Part shown: positions 8,495 through 21,254 of the stretch, piece by piece
How the letters are laid out: each line of letters starts with the position of its first letter
Numbering within the stretch: position 1 is the first letter of the stretch
Assembly (NCBI GenBank): GCA_964344495.1
Contig: CAYFNI010000001.1
Span: 1 to 51,289 of the forward strand
Direction: 5' to 3'
Source: an uncultured Methylococcus sp.
GTDB lineage: Bacteria; Pseudomonadota; Gammaproteobacteria; Methylococcales; Methylococcaceae
Length of the DNA stretch: 51,289 nucleotides
The notes under the pieces: generated by a model
Databases searched by the model: none
What the model saw: only the letters and a program-made list of their open reading frames with translations
What the model was told of the DNA's origin: nothing
Program-made: the position numbers and the translations under genes

Positions 8495-8743
8495 GCCTGA
8501 GGAGGGAGCGGTAGCCCGTAGCGACGGCGCGTGCCCATTCAGGCCCATCATCGACCCGGCTGCTGGTAAATCATCCGATCGCTTCAGCGGGTAGCAGGAG
8601 GAGGCTTCTTCGGGATGGCAAAGTCGGCCTGCCGCACGGGCTCGCGCCTTGACGCTATCGGAAAGTCCTAGTAATTTACCCCGTCTTTTCAACCGGCTCA
8701 GGGTGCGTTCGTGCCTTGAGTAATTACATCAGGGTGAGGTTGC

Positions 8744-10470
8744 GTGGAGCTCAGCGGCGCAGAAATCGTGGTCCGGTGTCTTAAGGATGAGGGGGTCGAA
8801 TTCATTTTCGGCTATCCGGGTGGGTCGGTGCTGCACATCTATGACGCCCTGTTTCAGCAGGACGACGTCAAGCACATTCTGGTTCGGCACGAACAGGGCG
8901 CCACTCATGCGGCGGATGGCTATGCCCGCTCGACCGGCAAGCCGGGTGTCGTGCTGGTGACTTCCGGTCCCGGCGCGACCAACGCCGTAACCGGCATCGC
9001 GACGGCCTACATGGATTCCATCCCCCTGGTGGTCCTCACCGGTCAGGTACCGACGCCGGTCATTGGCAGCGATGCGTTCCAGGAATGCGACACCATCGGT
9101 ATCACGCGCCCCTGCGTGAAGCATAATTTTCTGGTCAGTGACCGCAGCAAGCTGGCCGAAACCATTAAAAAGGCCTTCTTCATCGCCACCACCGGCCGAC
9201 CCGGGCCAGTGGTCGTGGATATTCCGAAGGACATCACCGATCCCGCGATCAAGATTCCCTACGAATATCCGGCTTCGGTCTCGATTCGCTCTTACAACCC
9301 CCACGTGAAGGGCCATCGCTGGCAGATCAAGAAAGCCATTGAGCTCTTGATGGGCGCCAAACGACCGATGATCTACACCGGCGGCGGCGTGATTCTCGGC
9401 AATGCTTCGACCGAACTGGTCCGCCTCACCCGATTGCTCGGTTTCCCGATCACCAACACGCTCATGGGATTGGGCGCCTACCCGGCGACCGACCGGCAGT
9501 TTGTCGGCATGCTGGGCATGCATGGCACCTATGAGGCCAACATGGGCATGCATGAATGTGATGTGCTGCTCGCGATCGGTGCCCGCTTCGATGACCGGGT
9601 CACGGGCAAGCTGGCGCAGTTCTGTCCAGGTGCAAAGATCGTCCATATCGATGTCGATCCGGCGTCGATTTCCAAGACGGTCAAGGTCGATGTCCCGATC
9701 GTGGGCGAGGTCAAAACTGTCCTGCTCGAAATGATCGATATGCTCGAAGCCTCATCCGACAAGCCGGATAGCGGGGCCCTGTCTGACTGGTGGGCCCAGA
9801 TTGAGCGCTGGCGTGCGGTCAACTGCCTCGGTTTTGATCGCTCGAGCCCCCGTATCAAGCCGCAATACGTCGTCGAGCAGCTGTGGGAAGTCACCCGTGG
9901 CGAGGCCTTCGTCACCTCGGATGTCGGTCAGCATCAGATGTGGGCGGCACAGTTTTACAAGTTCGACCAGCCGCGCCGCTGGATCAATTCGGGTGGACTC
10001 GGCACCATGGGGTTCGGCCTGCCGGCCGCGATTGGGGCCAAGCTCGCGCATCCAGAGGCCGATGTGGCGTGTATTACCGGTGAAGCCAGCATCCAGATGT
10101 GCATCCAGGAGTTGGCCACGGCCCTGCAATACCGGACCGGCATCAAGATCATCAACCTGAACAACGGCTATATGGGCATGGTGCGGCAGTGGCAGGAGTT
10201 TTCGTATGAGAGCCGCTATTCGCAGTCCTATCTGGAAACCATCCCCGATTTCGTCCGGCTGGCTGAAGCCTATGGGCATGTCGGCATGCAGATTGAGCGT
10301 CCCGAGGATGTGCGCCCGGCCCTTGAAGAAGCCTTCAAGCTCAAGGACCGGACGGTATTCATGAACTTCCTGACTGATCCGTCGGAAAATGTCTATCCGA
10401 TGATCGAGGCCGGCAAGGCCCACCATGAAATGCGGATGGCGCCGGGTGTGACCGTGGATCGGGAGTTGGC

Positions 10471-10474
<4 letters not shown>
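8744..10474 (+). CDS. ilvI: Acetolactate synthase (acetohydroxy-acid synthase) large subunit
   Basis: 576 aa with a GTG start at 8744. Motifs: FGYPGGSVLHIYDAL and the ThDP-binding GGLGTMGFGLPAAIGA. It is followed by the small-subunit gene. Confidence 0.9.
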
Positions 10475-12019
<1,545 letters not shown>

Positions 12020-12172
12020 TCGCCTTTAAGGTTGTCGCGTATAGGGGGTGGGCTGGTCTCACCCCTTCTCGTATGGGGCAATCAAAAATCTGATGCGCGT
12101 ATTTCCGGACATGAATCTGCTGTTGGTGCGGTTCATGGTCCCAGCATCCCTGTCGTTGTTCCCTGAATCGAT

Positions 12173-12931
12173 ATGACTGGATTTGAGATGGAACAGAACT
12201 CCCCGAAGAAGAACCGTCGTCGCGGCATCTACCTGCTGCCTAACCTGTTCACCACCGCCGCCCTTTTTGCCGGCTTCTACGCGATCACCTCGGCCATGAA
12301 CGGCCAGTACGAGGTGGCGGCCATCGCCATCTTTCTGGCCATGGTTCTGGATGGACTGGACGGTCGCGTGGCTCGACTGACCCACACCCAGAGCGCATTC
12401 GGGGCCGAATACGACAGCATGGCGGACATGATTTCGTTCGGCGCCGCCCCAGCGCTGGTCCTCTATACCTGGGCACTTTCAAGCCTGGGCAAGGCGGGCT
12501 GGATAGCCGCCTTTGTCCATGCCGCGGGCGCTGCCTTGCGGCTGGCCCGTTTCAATACGCAGATCGCCACCCAGGACAAACGCTATTTTCAAGGGCTGCC
12601 CAGCCCGGCGGCGGCTGCGATTCTGGCGGGTTTTGTCTGGGTCAGCGTCACGCACGATATCCCGGTCGACAAGGCGCGACTCGTGGCCGTCGGTCTGGCC
12701 ATCTCGACCGGTCTGCTGATGGTCAGCAATTTCCGCTACTACAGTTTCAAGGATGTTGATCTACGTGGCCGGGTGTCCTTCATCTGGGCTATCCTGATCA
12801 TGCTGGTGTTCGCCTTCCTGTTCACCAACCCGCCCCTGGTGCTGTTTACCCTGTTCGTACTTTATGCCGTTTCGGGTCTGGCACTGACGCTGTTCCGGCG
12901 TCGCCAGATGCGCAGCGAGCGCCGCGGCTGA
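12173..12931 (+). CDS. pssA: CDP-diacylglycerol--serine O-phosphatidyltransferase
   Basis: 252 aa, multi-pass membrane protein. It has the CDP-alcohol phosphatidyltransferase motif LDGLDGRVARLTHTQSAFGAEYDSMADM. An alternative start is ATG 12188. Confidence 0.8.
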   Translation: MTGFEMEQNSPKKNRRRGIYLLPNLFTTAALFAGFYAITSAMNGQYEVAAIAIFLAMVLDGLDGRVARLTHTQSAFGAEYDSMADMISFGAAPALVLYTWALSSLGKAGWIAAFVHAAGAALRLARFNTQIATQDKRYFQGLPSPAAAAILAGFVWVSVTHDIPVDKARLVAVGLAISTGLLMVSNFRYYSFKDVDLRGRVSFIWAILIMLVFAFLFTNPPLVLFTLFVLYAVSGLALTLFRRRQMRSERRG

Positions 12932-12943
12932 GTTGAACGCGGC

Positions 12944-12972
12944 TTGTCTGGGAGTAGAGCGGGCTTTATAGT
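12944..12972 (+). promoter_or_regulatory. Sigma70-like promoter candidate upstream of leuA
   Basis: TTGTCT (12944-12949), a 17-nt spacer, then TATAGT (12967-12972), about 200 nt upstream of the leuA ATG. This is a sequence match only. Confidence 0.25.
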
Positions 12973-13170
12973 GACCCCATGCAATTGTTGACATCGTTCG
13001 TATCGGACCAGCAGCCTCCAGTTCGTGTAGCCGGTGACTTTAATGTGCCCGCGAGGTGCCTGAGTCGGACGCGGCCACTGTCGGTAGGGCGGCTGCCCTG
13101 AGGGGCATGCACGCACCACCCAGCCGATTGAGTCGTCCGAACCCTCAGAACCGCTTTCAGAGATATCACC

Positions 13171-14718
13171 ATGAGCGAAAAACTCATCATTTTCGATACC
13201 ACCTTGCGCGATGGCGAACAAAGCCCTGGCGCCTCCATGACACGTGATGAAAAAGTGCGCATTGCCCGCGCCCTCGAACGGCTGAGGGTGGATGTCATTG
13301 AAGCGGGTTTCCCCGCCGCCAGCCCTGGCGACTTCGAAGGCGTGCAGGCCGTTGCGCGCGCCATCAAGGACAGTACGGTCTGTGGTCTGGCGCGGGCGCT
13401 GGACAAGGATATCGACCGCGCCGGAGAGGCCCTGCGTGATGCCAACAGTTCCCGCATACACACCTTCATTGCCACTTCGCCGATTCACATGCAGCTGAAG
13501 CTGCGCATGACGCCTGAGCAGGTGATCGAGAATGCCGTGAAGGCCGTCAAGCGGGCCCGTCAGTTCACCGACAACGTCGAGTTTTCACCCGAGGATGCCG
13601 GACGCTCGGAGGAAGATTTCCTGTGCCGCATCCTTGAAGCGGTCATCAACGCCGGTGCGACCACGCTCAATATCCCCGATACCGTGGGTTACAGCCTGCC
13701 GGATCAGTTCGGTCAGACCATCCGCCGTCTGCGTGAACGAATTCCGAATGCCGACAAGGCGATCTTCTCTGTGCATTGTCACAATGACCTCGGACTCGCG
13801 GTCGCCAATTCGCTGTCCGCTGTCCTGAACGGCGCGCGGCAGGTCGAATGCACCATCAATGGGCTGGGCGAAAGGGCCGGTAATGCCTCGCTGGAAGAAG
13901 TCGTCATGGCCGTCACGACCCGGAAGGACGTCTTTCCGTGTCATGTCGATATCGACACGCGTGAAATTGTTGCCTGCTCGAAGCTGGTCTCGAACATCAC
14001 CGGTTTCCCGGTGCAGCCAAACAAGGCCATCGTCGGCGCCAATGCCTTCGCCCATGAGTCCGGCATTCATCAGGACGGCGTACTCAAACATCGGGAAACC
14101 TACGAGATCATGCGCGCCGAAGATGTCGGCTGGACCGCCAATCGCATGGTGCTGGGCAAGCACTCCGGCCGTAACGCGTTCAAGACCCGCATGCAGGAAC
14201 TGGGCATCGAATTTCTGTCCGAAGCCGAACTCAATGACGCGTTTTCACGTTTCAAAGACTTGGCGGACAAGAAGCATGACATCTTTGATGAAGACCTGCA
14301 GGCATTGATCACCGACGCCGCGGGCGCGGGAGAAGAGGAGGGTGTCCGTCTGGTGGCGCTCAAGGTGTGTGCCGAAACCGGTGAACTCCCGAAGGCCCGT
14401 GTTACCTTGCGCATTGATCAGGACGAACTGACCGGCACCGGCACGGGCGGGGGGGTGGTCGATGCCAGCCTGAAGGCGATCGAGTCGGTCGTTCGGACTG
14501 AATCGCAACTCCTGCTGTATTCGGTCAACAACATCACTACCGGGACCGATGCCCAGGGTGAAGTGACGGTACGGCTGGAAAAGGGCGGCCGCATTGTCAA
14601 TGGACAGGGCGCGGATACCGATATTGTCATGGCCTCCGCCAAGGCCTATCTCAATGCCGTCAACAAGCTGCTGACACCGCGTCAGCGCATGCACCCGCAG
14701 TCGTCGGGTGACGTCTGA
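13171..14718 (+). CDS. leuA: 2-isopropylmalate synthase
   Basis: 515 aa. Motifs: [17 protein letters not shown] and [14 protein letters not shown]. There is a C-terminal LeuA regulatory domain. Confidence 0.9.
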   Translation: MSEKLIIFDTTLRDGEQSPGASMTRDEKVRIARALERLRVDVIEAGFPAASPGDFEGVQAVARAIKDSTVCGLARALDKDIDRAGEALRDANSSRIHTFIATSPIHMQLKLRMTPEQVIENAVKAVKRARQFTDNVEFSPEDAGRSEEDFLCRILEAVINAGATTLNIPDTVGYSLPDQFGQTIRRLRERIPNADKAIFSVHCHNDLGLAVANSLSAVLNGARQVECTINGLGERAGNASLEEVVMAVTTRKDVFPCHVDIDTREIVACSKLVSNITGFPVQPNKAIVGANAFAHESGIHQDGVLKHRETYEIMRAEDVGWTANRMVLGKHSGRNAFKTRMQELGIEFLSEAELNDAFSRFKDLADKKHDIFDEDLQALITDAAGAGEEEGVRLVALKVCAETGELPKARVTLRIDQDELTGTGTGGGVVDASLKAIESVVRTESQLLLYSVNNITTGTDAQGEVTVRLEKGGRIVNGQGADTDIVMASAKAYLNAVNKLLTPRQRMHPQSSGDV

Positions 14719-14749
14719 TCACCTTTCTGCCGGCTCGCCAGTTGACGCC

Positions 14750-15499
14750 ATGTCGTCAGCCGATCAGCGTCACCGACGGCTCAGGGCTATGGGCATCGAG
14801 CCTTGGGAGGCCCGGCTGGCCGCCCCGTTCGGTCCAGCCCCCTTGCTCATGAGGGATAAGGAGGCAGGGGAGCGTGCCCCCGGGTGTGCTGTATCCGCCT
14901 TGACCGGCGCAACCGCACCCCTACCGCAATCAGCCAGCTGGGCTGAATTGGAATCCGAGGCGAACCGATGTCAACGCTGCGCCCTGTACCAGACGCGCAC
15001 AAACGTGGTGTTCGGCGTCGGAGACCGCGCGGCACGCTGGATGTTCATCGGCGAAGCACCGGGGGAACAGGAAGATCTACAGGGCGAACCGTTTGTCGGT
15101 CGCGCGGGACAACTGCTGACAGAGATGATTCGCGCCATCGGACTGGAGCGCGACGCCGTTTACATTGCCAATGTGCTCAAATGTCGGCCACCGAAGAACC
15201 GAGATCCGTCAGCCGAGGAGGCAGCGGCTTGCGAATCCTATCTGCTCGGGCAGGTGGCGCTGGTGAAACCTTCGATTATCGTGGCGGTCGGACGAATCGC
15301 CGCGCAACACTTGCTCAAGACCCAGACACCCATCGGCAAGTTGCGCGGCACGGTGCACGATTACCAGTCGATACCGCTGGTCGTCACCTATCACCCGGCC
15401 TACCTGTTGCGTTCACAGACCGAGAAACGCCGGGCTTGGGAGGACTTGAAACTGGCCCGCCGCGCTCTGGCTGCACCGGGCTCCCCCATGAAGGCTTGA
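14750..15499 (+). CDS. Family-4 uracil-DNA glycosylase (Fe-S type)
   Basis: ORF 14708..15499 is trimmed to ATG 14750. Motifs: [27 protein letters not shown] (motif A) and HPAYLLR (motif B). Confidence 0.8.
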   Translation: MSSADQRHRRLRAMGIEPWEARLAAPFGPAPLLMRDKEAGERAPGCAVSALTGATAPLPQSASWAELESEANRCQRCALYQTRTNVVFGVGDRAARWMFIGEAPGEQEDLQGEPFVGRAGQLLTEMIRAIGLERDAVYIANVLKCRPPKNRDPSAEEAAACESYLLGQVALVKPSIIVAVGRIAAQHLLKTQTPIGKLRGTVHDYQSIPLVVTYHPAYLLRSQTEKRRAWEDLKLARRALAAPGSPMKA

Positions 15500-15508
15500 G
15501 AGGGAATC

Positions 15509-16066
15509 ATGGATGCCTTGCTGGACATGCTGGACAAAGCCCGTCGCTGGCTGCGTTATGATGCTGAAACCCAGTTCTACCACAAACATTTTCCATCGCT
15601 CGTGGACAACGCCGAATTGACCCTGCGTCCGATGGAACGCAGCGACATCGCCCTGATGGCGGCCATTGAGGCGTCTGCCTACGAGTTCCCGTGGGAGCTT
15701 GAAACCTTCCGTAGCTGCTTCAAGGTCGGATATCACTGCTGGATCGGTGAGCGTGCCCGGCAGGTGGTCGGCTACGGTATTTCCACCATCGGCGCCGGTG
15801 AGTCGCATGTGTTGAATCTCTGCGTTGCACCGGGCTGGCAAGGTCGAGGCTATGGCCGGGTGTTGCTGCAGAAACTGGTGGATGAAGCTATCCGCTTCAA
15901 GGTCGATAGCATTTTTCTGGAAGTGCGTCCGTCCAATCCCCACGCCATCAAACTCTATCGCAGCATGGGCTTTAATGAGATCGGACTGCGCAAGGATTAC
16001 TATCCTGCCAAAGGCGGTCGCGAGAACGCGATCGTGATGGCGCGTTCGCTGGCTCTGCCGCGCTGA
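15509..16066 (+). CDS. rimI: Ribosomal-protein-alanine N-acetyltransferase (GNAT)
   Basis: 185-aa ORF. Motifs: IEASAYEFPW and the acetyl-CoA motif QGRGYGRVLL. The N-terminus is about 35 aa longer than a typical RimI, and in-frame GTG 15602 is a possible alternative start. Confidence 0.7.
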   Translation: MDALLDMLDKARRWLRYDAETQFYHKHFPSLVDNAELTLRPMERSDIALMAAIEASAYEFPWELETFRSCFKVGYHCWIGERARQVVGYGISTIGAGESHVLNLCVAPGWQGRGYGRVLLQKLVDEAIRFKVDSIFLEVRPSNPHAIKLYRSMGFNEIGLRKDYYPAKGGRENAIVMARSLALPR

Positions 16067-16088
16067 TCCCACGCCTCGATCGAGCGGG

Positions 16089-17180
16089 TCAGCACTCGAT
16101 GATTCGCACCCGCTGCGTGATCCCGCACAGGAGATCGTAAGGGATCGTACCGGCCTTGTGGGCAATTTCCTCCACCGGCAGGCCCTTGCCCCACAAGGTC
16201 ACCAGATCGCCGGGGTGTGCCTCGGGGCAGCCGTTGAGATTCAACGTGATCATGTCCATCGACACCCGTCCTGCAAGCGGCACCCGCTGGTCGCGGATCA
16301 AGACCGGCGTACCCGACACCGCCCGCCGCGGGTAACCGTCACCGTAGCCCACCGCCACGACACCCAGGCGGGTGGGATGCGGACAGACCCAGTCACCGCC
16401 GTACCCCACCGGCGTACCGGCGGGAACCTCCTTGATGCTGATCAGCCGGGAGCGGAAGGTCATGACCGGCTCCAGATCCTCATCCAGACCAGTCCGGTCA
16501 GGAAACGGCGACACGCCATACAGACTGATGCCGGGTCGAACCCACTCCCGCCGGGCATCCTCCCAGGCGAACAGGCCGGCGGAATTGGCCAGACTGCTTT
16601 CGCTGGCCACCGCCTGAGTGATATCGCGAAACAGGTTGAGCTGGTGTGTCGTGAAACCATCATTCACCGCATCGGCATTCGCCAGGTGCGACATCAGGGG
16701 AATCGGTTGCTGAACCTGCGGACACCGTTGCAAGCGGTCCAGCAGGGTATGAAATTCCGAGGGCAGGACCCCCAGGCGATGCATGCCGGTGTCCAGCTTC
16801 AACCATACGGCCAGTGGAGCAGGCAGCGGGACCGATTCAAGCAGATCGACCTGCCAGTCGGAGTGGATGACAGGTTCCAGACCGGCCTCGGCATGGGCCT
16901 TGAGTTCATCCCCATTGAAAAAGCCCTGCAGCACGGCAATCCGTTGAGCGATGCCGCTTTGACGCAACGCCAGACCTTCATCGGTGCGAGCCACGGCAAA
17001 GGCATCGGCATCCGAAAGGCTGCGGGCCATGCGCAACAGTCCATGCCCGTAGGCGTTGGCCTTGATGACGGCCATGATGCGGGCCTGCGGCACGACACGC
17101 CGGATCCGGCGCAGGTTGTGCGCAGCAGCGCCCAGGTCCAGGACGGCATGAGCAGCAGCGGGTGCGTCAGTAGGACTCAC
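16089..17180 (-). CDS. alr: Alanine racemase
   Basis: ORF 16089..17381 has its 5' part inside dnaB. I trimmed it to in-frame GTG 17180 ([26 protein letters not shown]...). It has the PLP-lysine motif [11 protein letters not shown]. The start is uncertain. Confidence 0.8.
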   Translation of the reverse strand: MSPTDAPAAAHAVLDLGAAAHNLRRIRRVVPQARIMAVIKANAYGHGLLRMARSLSDADAFAVARTDEGLALRQSGIAQRIAVLQGFFNGDELKAHAEAGLEPVIHSDWQVDLLESVPLPAPLAVWLKLDTGMHRLGVLPSEFHTLLDRLQRCPQVQQPIPLMSHLANADAVNDGFTTHQLNLFRDITQAVASESSLANSAGLFAWEDARREWVRPGISLYGVSPFPDRTGLDEDLEPVMTFRSRLISIKEVPAGTPVGYGGDWVCPHPTRLGVVAVGYGDGYPRRAVSGTPVLIRDQRVPLAGRVSMDMITLNLNGCPEAHPGDLVTLWGKGLPVEEIAHKAGTIPYDLLCGITQRVRIIEC

Positions 17181-18555
17181 CGGCGTAGGGATCGTGTATG
17201 AAGTTTTCGAAACGGGTGTATTGGCCGAGGAAGGTGAGTCGCGTCGTGCCGATCGGTCCGTTACGCTGTTTGGAGATGATGATTTCGGCCGTGCCCTTGT
17301 CGGTCGTGTCCTTGTTGTACACCTCGTCACGGTAGATGAAAACGATGACATCGGCATCCTGCTCGATGGCGCCCGATTCACGCAGATCCGACATCACCGG
17401 ACGCTTGTTCGGTCGCTGCTCCAGGCTCCGGTTCAGCTGCGACAGGGCTATGACCGGGACATTCAGTTCCTTGGCCAGCGCTTTCAGGGACCGCGAAATG
17501 TCCGAAATCTCGTTGACGCGGCTTTCAGCGCCGGGTGACTGCATGAGTTGCAGGTAATCGAGCACGACCAGTCCCAGCTTGCCGTCATTTTCGCGCGCCA
17601 GCCGTCGGCAGCGGGCGCGGACCTCGGTCGGCGTCATGGCCGGGGTGTCGTCGATATACAGTTTGGTTTCGGCCAGAATGTTGATGGCCGAGGTCATTCT
17701 GGGCCACTCGTCATCCTCCAGCTTCCCGGTCCGAACCCGGTGCTGATCAATGCGACCGAGGGACGAAATCATGCGCATCGCCAGTTGTTCGCCCGGCATT
17801 TCCATGCTGAATACGGCGACAGGCACTTGTTCCTTGATGGCCACATGCTCTGCGATGTTCATCGCGAACGTGGTCTTGCCCATCGACGGCCGGCCGGCGA
17901 CGATGACCAGATCGGATGGCTGCAAGCCGGAGGTCAGTTCGTCAAAATCATTGAAGCCGGTGCTGGCGCCGGTGATATGGCCTTCCTTCTGGAACAGCAT
18001 CTCGATGCGGTCGATGGCCTTGGCCAGCAGCGGTTTGATCGGGCTGAACCCGGTGCCCTTGCGGCGGTACTGATCGGCAATATGGAATACTTTCTGCTCA
18101 GCCGACTCAATCAGCTCGATGGTTCCGCGCCCTTGTGGGTAGAAGGCCAGATCGGCAATTTCGTTGCCTGAACCAATCAATTGGCGCAGAACCGACTTTT
18201 CCCGGACGATCTCGGCATAGGCCACGATGTTGGCGGCGCTGGGCGTTTCTTTGGCCAGTGTCGCGAGATAGGCCAGCCCGCCGCACTCCTCCAGCCAGCC
18301 AAACTGCTCGAGGGTTTCAGACAGCGTGATGACATCCAGCGGCGATTGACGCTCGGCCAACTGGGCAATGGCGCGAAAAATCAGTTGGTGATCGCGTCGG
18401 TAAAAATCGTCCTCGATCAGGAAATCAGCCACCTTGTCCCAGGCTTGCTTGTCGAGCATCAGCGCCCCGATGACCGATTGTTCGGCATTGATCGAGTAGG
18501 GCGGGATCTTGAGTGCTTCGACGGTGTCGGCTTGCTTGCGGGATCGCTCGGCCAT
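17167..18555 (-). CDS. dnaB: Replicative DNA helicase DnaB
   Basis: The Walker A motif [15 protein letters not shown] and the N-terminal [17 protein letters not shown] are present. The track start at 18561 is TTG, and ATG 18555 lies 2 nt after the hldE stop. The sequence is contiguous at about 462 aa, so there is no intein. Confidence 0.9.
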   Translation of the reverse strand: MAERSRKQADTVEALKIPPYSINAEQSVIGALMLDKQAWDKVADFLIEDDFYRRDHQLIFRAIAQLAERQSPLDVITLSETLEQFGWLEECGGLAYLATLAKETPSAANIVAYAEIVREKSVLRQLIGSGNEIADLAFYPQGRGTIELIESAEQKVFHIADQYRRKGTGFSPIKPLLAKAIDRIEMLFQKEGHITGASTGFNDFDELTSGLQPSDLVIVAGRPSMGKTTFAMNIAEHVAIKEQVPVAVFSMEMPGEQLAMRMISSLGRIDQHRVRTGKLEDDEWPRMTSAINILAETKLYIDDTPAMTPTEVRARCRRLARENDGKLGLVVLDYLQLMQSPGAESRVNEISDISRSLKALAKELNVPVIALSQLNRSLEQRPNKRPVMSDLRESGAIEQDADVIVFIYRDEVYNKDTTDKGTAEIIISKQRNGPIGTTRLTFLGQYTRFENFIHDPYAGESY

Positions 18556-18557
18556 GG

Positions 18558-20036
18558 TCAATGTGAGGAAGGAGGAATGGAAATCGTCTCGTCGCCCTGG
18601 CCCCGCCGGTGGATGCGTTCGATCAGTCCAGTGGTCGAATGCCCATCGACGAACGGCAGAATGCGCACCTCGCCACCGTTGGCCAGCACGTGGTCATGAC
18701 CGGCAATCGCACTGATCTCGGTATAGTCGCCGCCTTTCACCAGAATATCAGGCAACAGCGTCCCGATGAGGGCGCGCGGTGTGTCCTCCTCGAACGGCAC
18801 CACCCAGTCGACACACTCCAGGGCGGCCAGCAGCGTCATGCGGTGGGGCAGGGGGTTGATCGGGCGCTCGGGTCCCTTGAGACGGCTGACTGAGGCATCC
18901 GAGTTCACCAGCACCAACAGGCGGTCACCCAGAGCGCGTGCCCGTTGCAGATAATCGACATGGCCGGGGTGCAGGATGTCGAAACAGCCGTTCGTGGCGA
19001 CGATGCGTTCGCCGTGTGCCTGACTTGCGCGGATCAGTGGTACCAGGTGCGGCAGGTCAATGACGCCACGCTGTCGTGTGGGCGCGCCCTGAAGCGCGGC
19101 GGCGAGTTCGGCGTTGGTGATGGTGGCGGTACCGAGCTTGCCGACAGCCAGCCCCGCCGCCTGATTGGCGAGGCGGGTCGCGTCGGCCATGGACAGGCCG
19201 GCCGCAAGTCCGCTGGCCAGCGTGGCGATCACTGTGTCGCCCGCCCCGGTGACGTCATAGACTTCCTTGGCATGGGTGGGTAGATGCAAGGGCGGCTGCC
19301 CCTGCTGCAGCAGACTCATGCCCTGTTCACCCCGGGTAATCAGCAGTGCTTCCAGGGAAAGCTCAGCCAGCAACTTCTGACCGCGGCGGACCAGGTCATC
19401 CTCGGTCGGACAGGGGCCGACAACGGCCTCGAACTCGGACCGGTTGGGCGTCAGAAGCGTGGCGCCCCGATATTTGTCGAAGTGCAAACCCTTGGGGTCC
19501 ACAAGAACCGGAATACCAGCAGCGCGGGCTGACTCGATCAGGCCCGCCGTATGGCTCAGGGTGCCCTTGTCATAATCAGACAGGACGACAACGTCACTGT
19601 TGGCCAGCTGTTGACGGTACGGTGCGTCTAGATTGGCGTCGGTGGCCGGCTGGAAACGTTGCTCGAAATCGAGCCGAATCAACTGCTGATGGCGGCTGAG
19701 GACGCGCAGTTTGGTGATGGTCGGGCAACCGTCCAGACGGCGCAGATGGCATTCAATGCCTGCGTCCTGCAGCAGCCCTTCAAGCCGGTCGCCGGCTTCG
19801 TCCTTGCCCCGGTAGCCCAGCAGGCTGACCGAGCCACCCAGTGCGATGATGTTGAGAGCGACGTTGCCGGCACCCCCAGCCCGCTCTTCGATCTGGTCGA
19901 CACGGACGACCGGAACGGGCGCTTCCGGGGAAATGCGGGATGTGCCGCCGTGCCAGTAACGGTCGAGCATCAGGTCGCCGATTACCAGGATACGGCGGGT
20001 AGAGAAATCGGGAAGGTGCATGGTCTGCGCTGGCAT
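18558..20036 (-). CDS. hldE: Bifunctional D-beta-D-heptose 7-phosphate kinase / D-beta-D-heptose 1-phosphate adenylyltransferase
   Basis: ILVIGDLMLDRYWHG (kinase N-terminus), GAGDTVIA (ribokinase family) and TNGCFDILHPGHVDYL (cytidylyltransferase HxGH). Start candidates are ATG 20036 and ATG 20021. The track start at 20060 is probably too long. Confidence 0.85.
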   Translation of the reverse strand: MPAQTMHLPDFSTRRILVIGDLMLDRYWHGGTSRISPEAPVPVVRVDQIEERAGGAGNVALNIIALGGSVSLLGYRGKDEAGDRLEGLLQDAGIECHLRRLDGCPTITKLRVLSRHQQLIRLDFEQRFQPATDANLDAPYRQQLANSDVVVLSDYDKGTLSHTAGLIESARAAGIPVLVDPKGLHFDKYRGATLLTPNRSEFEAVVGPCPTEDDLVRRGQKLLAELSLEALLITRGEQGMSLLQQGQPPLHLPTHAKEVYDVTGAGDTVIATLASGLAAGLSMADATRLANQAAGLAVGKLGTATITNAELAAALQGAPTRQRGVIDLPHLVPLIRASQAHGERIVATNGCFDILHPGHVDYLQRARALGDRLLVLVNSDASVSRLKGPERPINPLPHRMTLLAALECVDWVVPFEEDTPRALIGTLLPDILVKGGDYTEISAIAGHDHVLANGGEVRILPFVDGHSTTGLIERIHRRGQGDETISIPPSSH

Positions 20037-20177
20037 TGACTGGCGATTAGGATAACACACGGGGCGCGGGCACTTGCCCGGCGCTGAATTGTCTGTAAGA
20101 ACGGTAGGTGGCTTGATTTTTTACCGATCAACCGCCATCTTGTTGGACATCATTTACCTCACAGGGAATCCACCCCA

Positions 20178-21158
20178 ATGAACGGAAAAACCGGTTTTAT
20201 GATCCGTACGCTGTTGAGCCTGCTGGTTCTCGCGGCAAGCCTATCGGACGCGACTGCGGCGCGCATGGGGGGCGGCCGTTCGTTTGGCAGCCGTCCCTCC
20301 TACAGCACGCCTTACCAGCGTTCGCCCAGTTCGGTTAATCCGGGCGCCAGCCGCCCGTCTAATCCCGCCCAATCACCGGCGGCCTCACCCGCACAAGCCC
20401 GCAACCAGTCCATCCGCGATTCACTGGCGCAACGGGGTGGTTTGGCCCGATTCCTTGGCGGTCTGGCCCTAGGCGGGCTGCTGGGTGCGCTGTTCTTCGG
20501 CGGTGGCTTCGAGCATCTCAACATCCTCGATCTACTGGTCTTTGGCGGCGTTGCCTTGCTCTTGTTCAAGCTGTTGGCTTCCCGCCGGCCTGCGCCTGAG
20601 CGGGTTGCCACTCAGGCCGGCTATTACGGGGGGCAGGATCGTCAGGAGAACGTCTACGAGAGACACACCTCCGAGCCCGTTTCGAGTGGCTCAGGCTCGG
20701 GTGGCGCCGGCTTCGATACGGACCTGTTGTCACGCAAGACAGGCTTCAACCCCGCTGCCAGCGCTGCAGCCAGCGCCATTCCCGCCGACTTTGATGCGAC
20801 CGGCTTTCTTCAGGGAGCCCGTTCGGCCTATGCGCTGATGCAGGAAGCCTGGGACAAAGCCGACCTGGCTGAGTTGAGAGCGCTGACGACCGACAAGGTG
20901 TTTGGCGAACTGCAGGATCAGATCAGGGCCCGCGGCCTGGCGGAGAACCGGACAGAACTGCTCGAAGTCGAGGCCGAGTTGCTGGAGGTCCGCGATATCG
21001 GGGAAGAGCGGGTCGCCACCGTTCTATTCGATGTGTTGATGCGCGAACAGGCGCATGCAGACCCTGCCCGCGTGCAGGAAGTTTGGCATTTCACCCGTGC
21101 GCGCAACAGTCGTCAGCCCACCTGGTTCCTCGACGGTATCCAGCAGCTCGAAGCCTGA
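20178..21158 (+). CDS. Tim44-like domain protein with signal peptide, Pro/Ser-rich linker and one TM segment
   Basis: 326 aa. It has an N-terminal signal (LLSLLVLAASLSDATAA) and a Gly-rich TM segment (LGGLALGGLLGALFFGGG). The C-terminal FLQGARSAYALMQEAWDKADLAELRALTTDKVF...VWHFTRARNSRQPTWFLDGIQQ matches my memory of bacterial Tim44-like domains. Confidence 0.65.
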   Translation: MNGKTGFMIRTLLSLLVLAASLSDATAARMGGGRSFGSRPSYSTPYQRSPSSVNPGASRPSNPAQSPAASPAQARNQSIRDSLAQRGGLARFLGGLALGGLLGALFFGGGFEHLNILDLLVFGGVALLLFKLLASRRPAPERVATQAGYYGGQDRQENVYERHTSEPVSSGSGSGGAGFDTDLLSRKTGFNPAASAAASAIPADFDATGFLQGARSAYALMQEAWDKADLAELRALTTDKVFGELQDQIRARGLAENRTELLEVEAELLEVRDIGEERVATVLFDVLMREQAHADPARVQEVWHFTRARNSRQPTWFLDGIQQLEA

Positions 21159-21254
21159 AGAGTGTCTCGTGAGGCATGGCCGGTGTGTTGACCCACGCTT
21201 GGCCGTGCCGACCGACCCCCGACCGTTACATACCTAACAGACGGAATACGTGCG

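Noticed and set aside
8596-8671. Strong Shine-Dalgarno (AGGAGGAGG, 8596-8604) followed by an 18-codon ORF (MAKSACRTGSRLDAIGKS, 8615-8671) upstream of ilvI, as a possible attenuation leader
   Set aside because: The peptide has no Val/Leu/Ile run, and I see no alternative terminator/antiterminator pair after it. It is probably fortuitous.
7630-9646. Long minus-strand ORFs (7630..8313, 7724..8341, 8729..9646) opposite tusC/tusB/dsrC and ilvI
   Set aside because: They have no recognisable motifs and an Arg/Pro/Ser/Ala-rich composition. The plus-strand genes carry clear family signatures and operon coupling.
12979-13101. 40-codon ORF (MQLLTSFVSDQQPPVRVAGDF...) in the pssA-leuA spacer, as a possible leu leader peptide
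   Set aside because: It has only two adjacent Leu codons and no following U-tract terminator, so it is not a convincing attenuator.
16158-17201. 347-aa plus-strand ORF opposite alr
   Set aside because: It is antisense to a gene with the [14 protein letters not shown] motif. Its own translation is Arg/Gln/Gly/His-rich and featureless.
17167-18555. Checked dnaB for an intein or mobile insertion
   Set aside because: The translated length (about 462 aa) and the uninterrupted helicase motifs are those of an intein-free DnaB.
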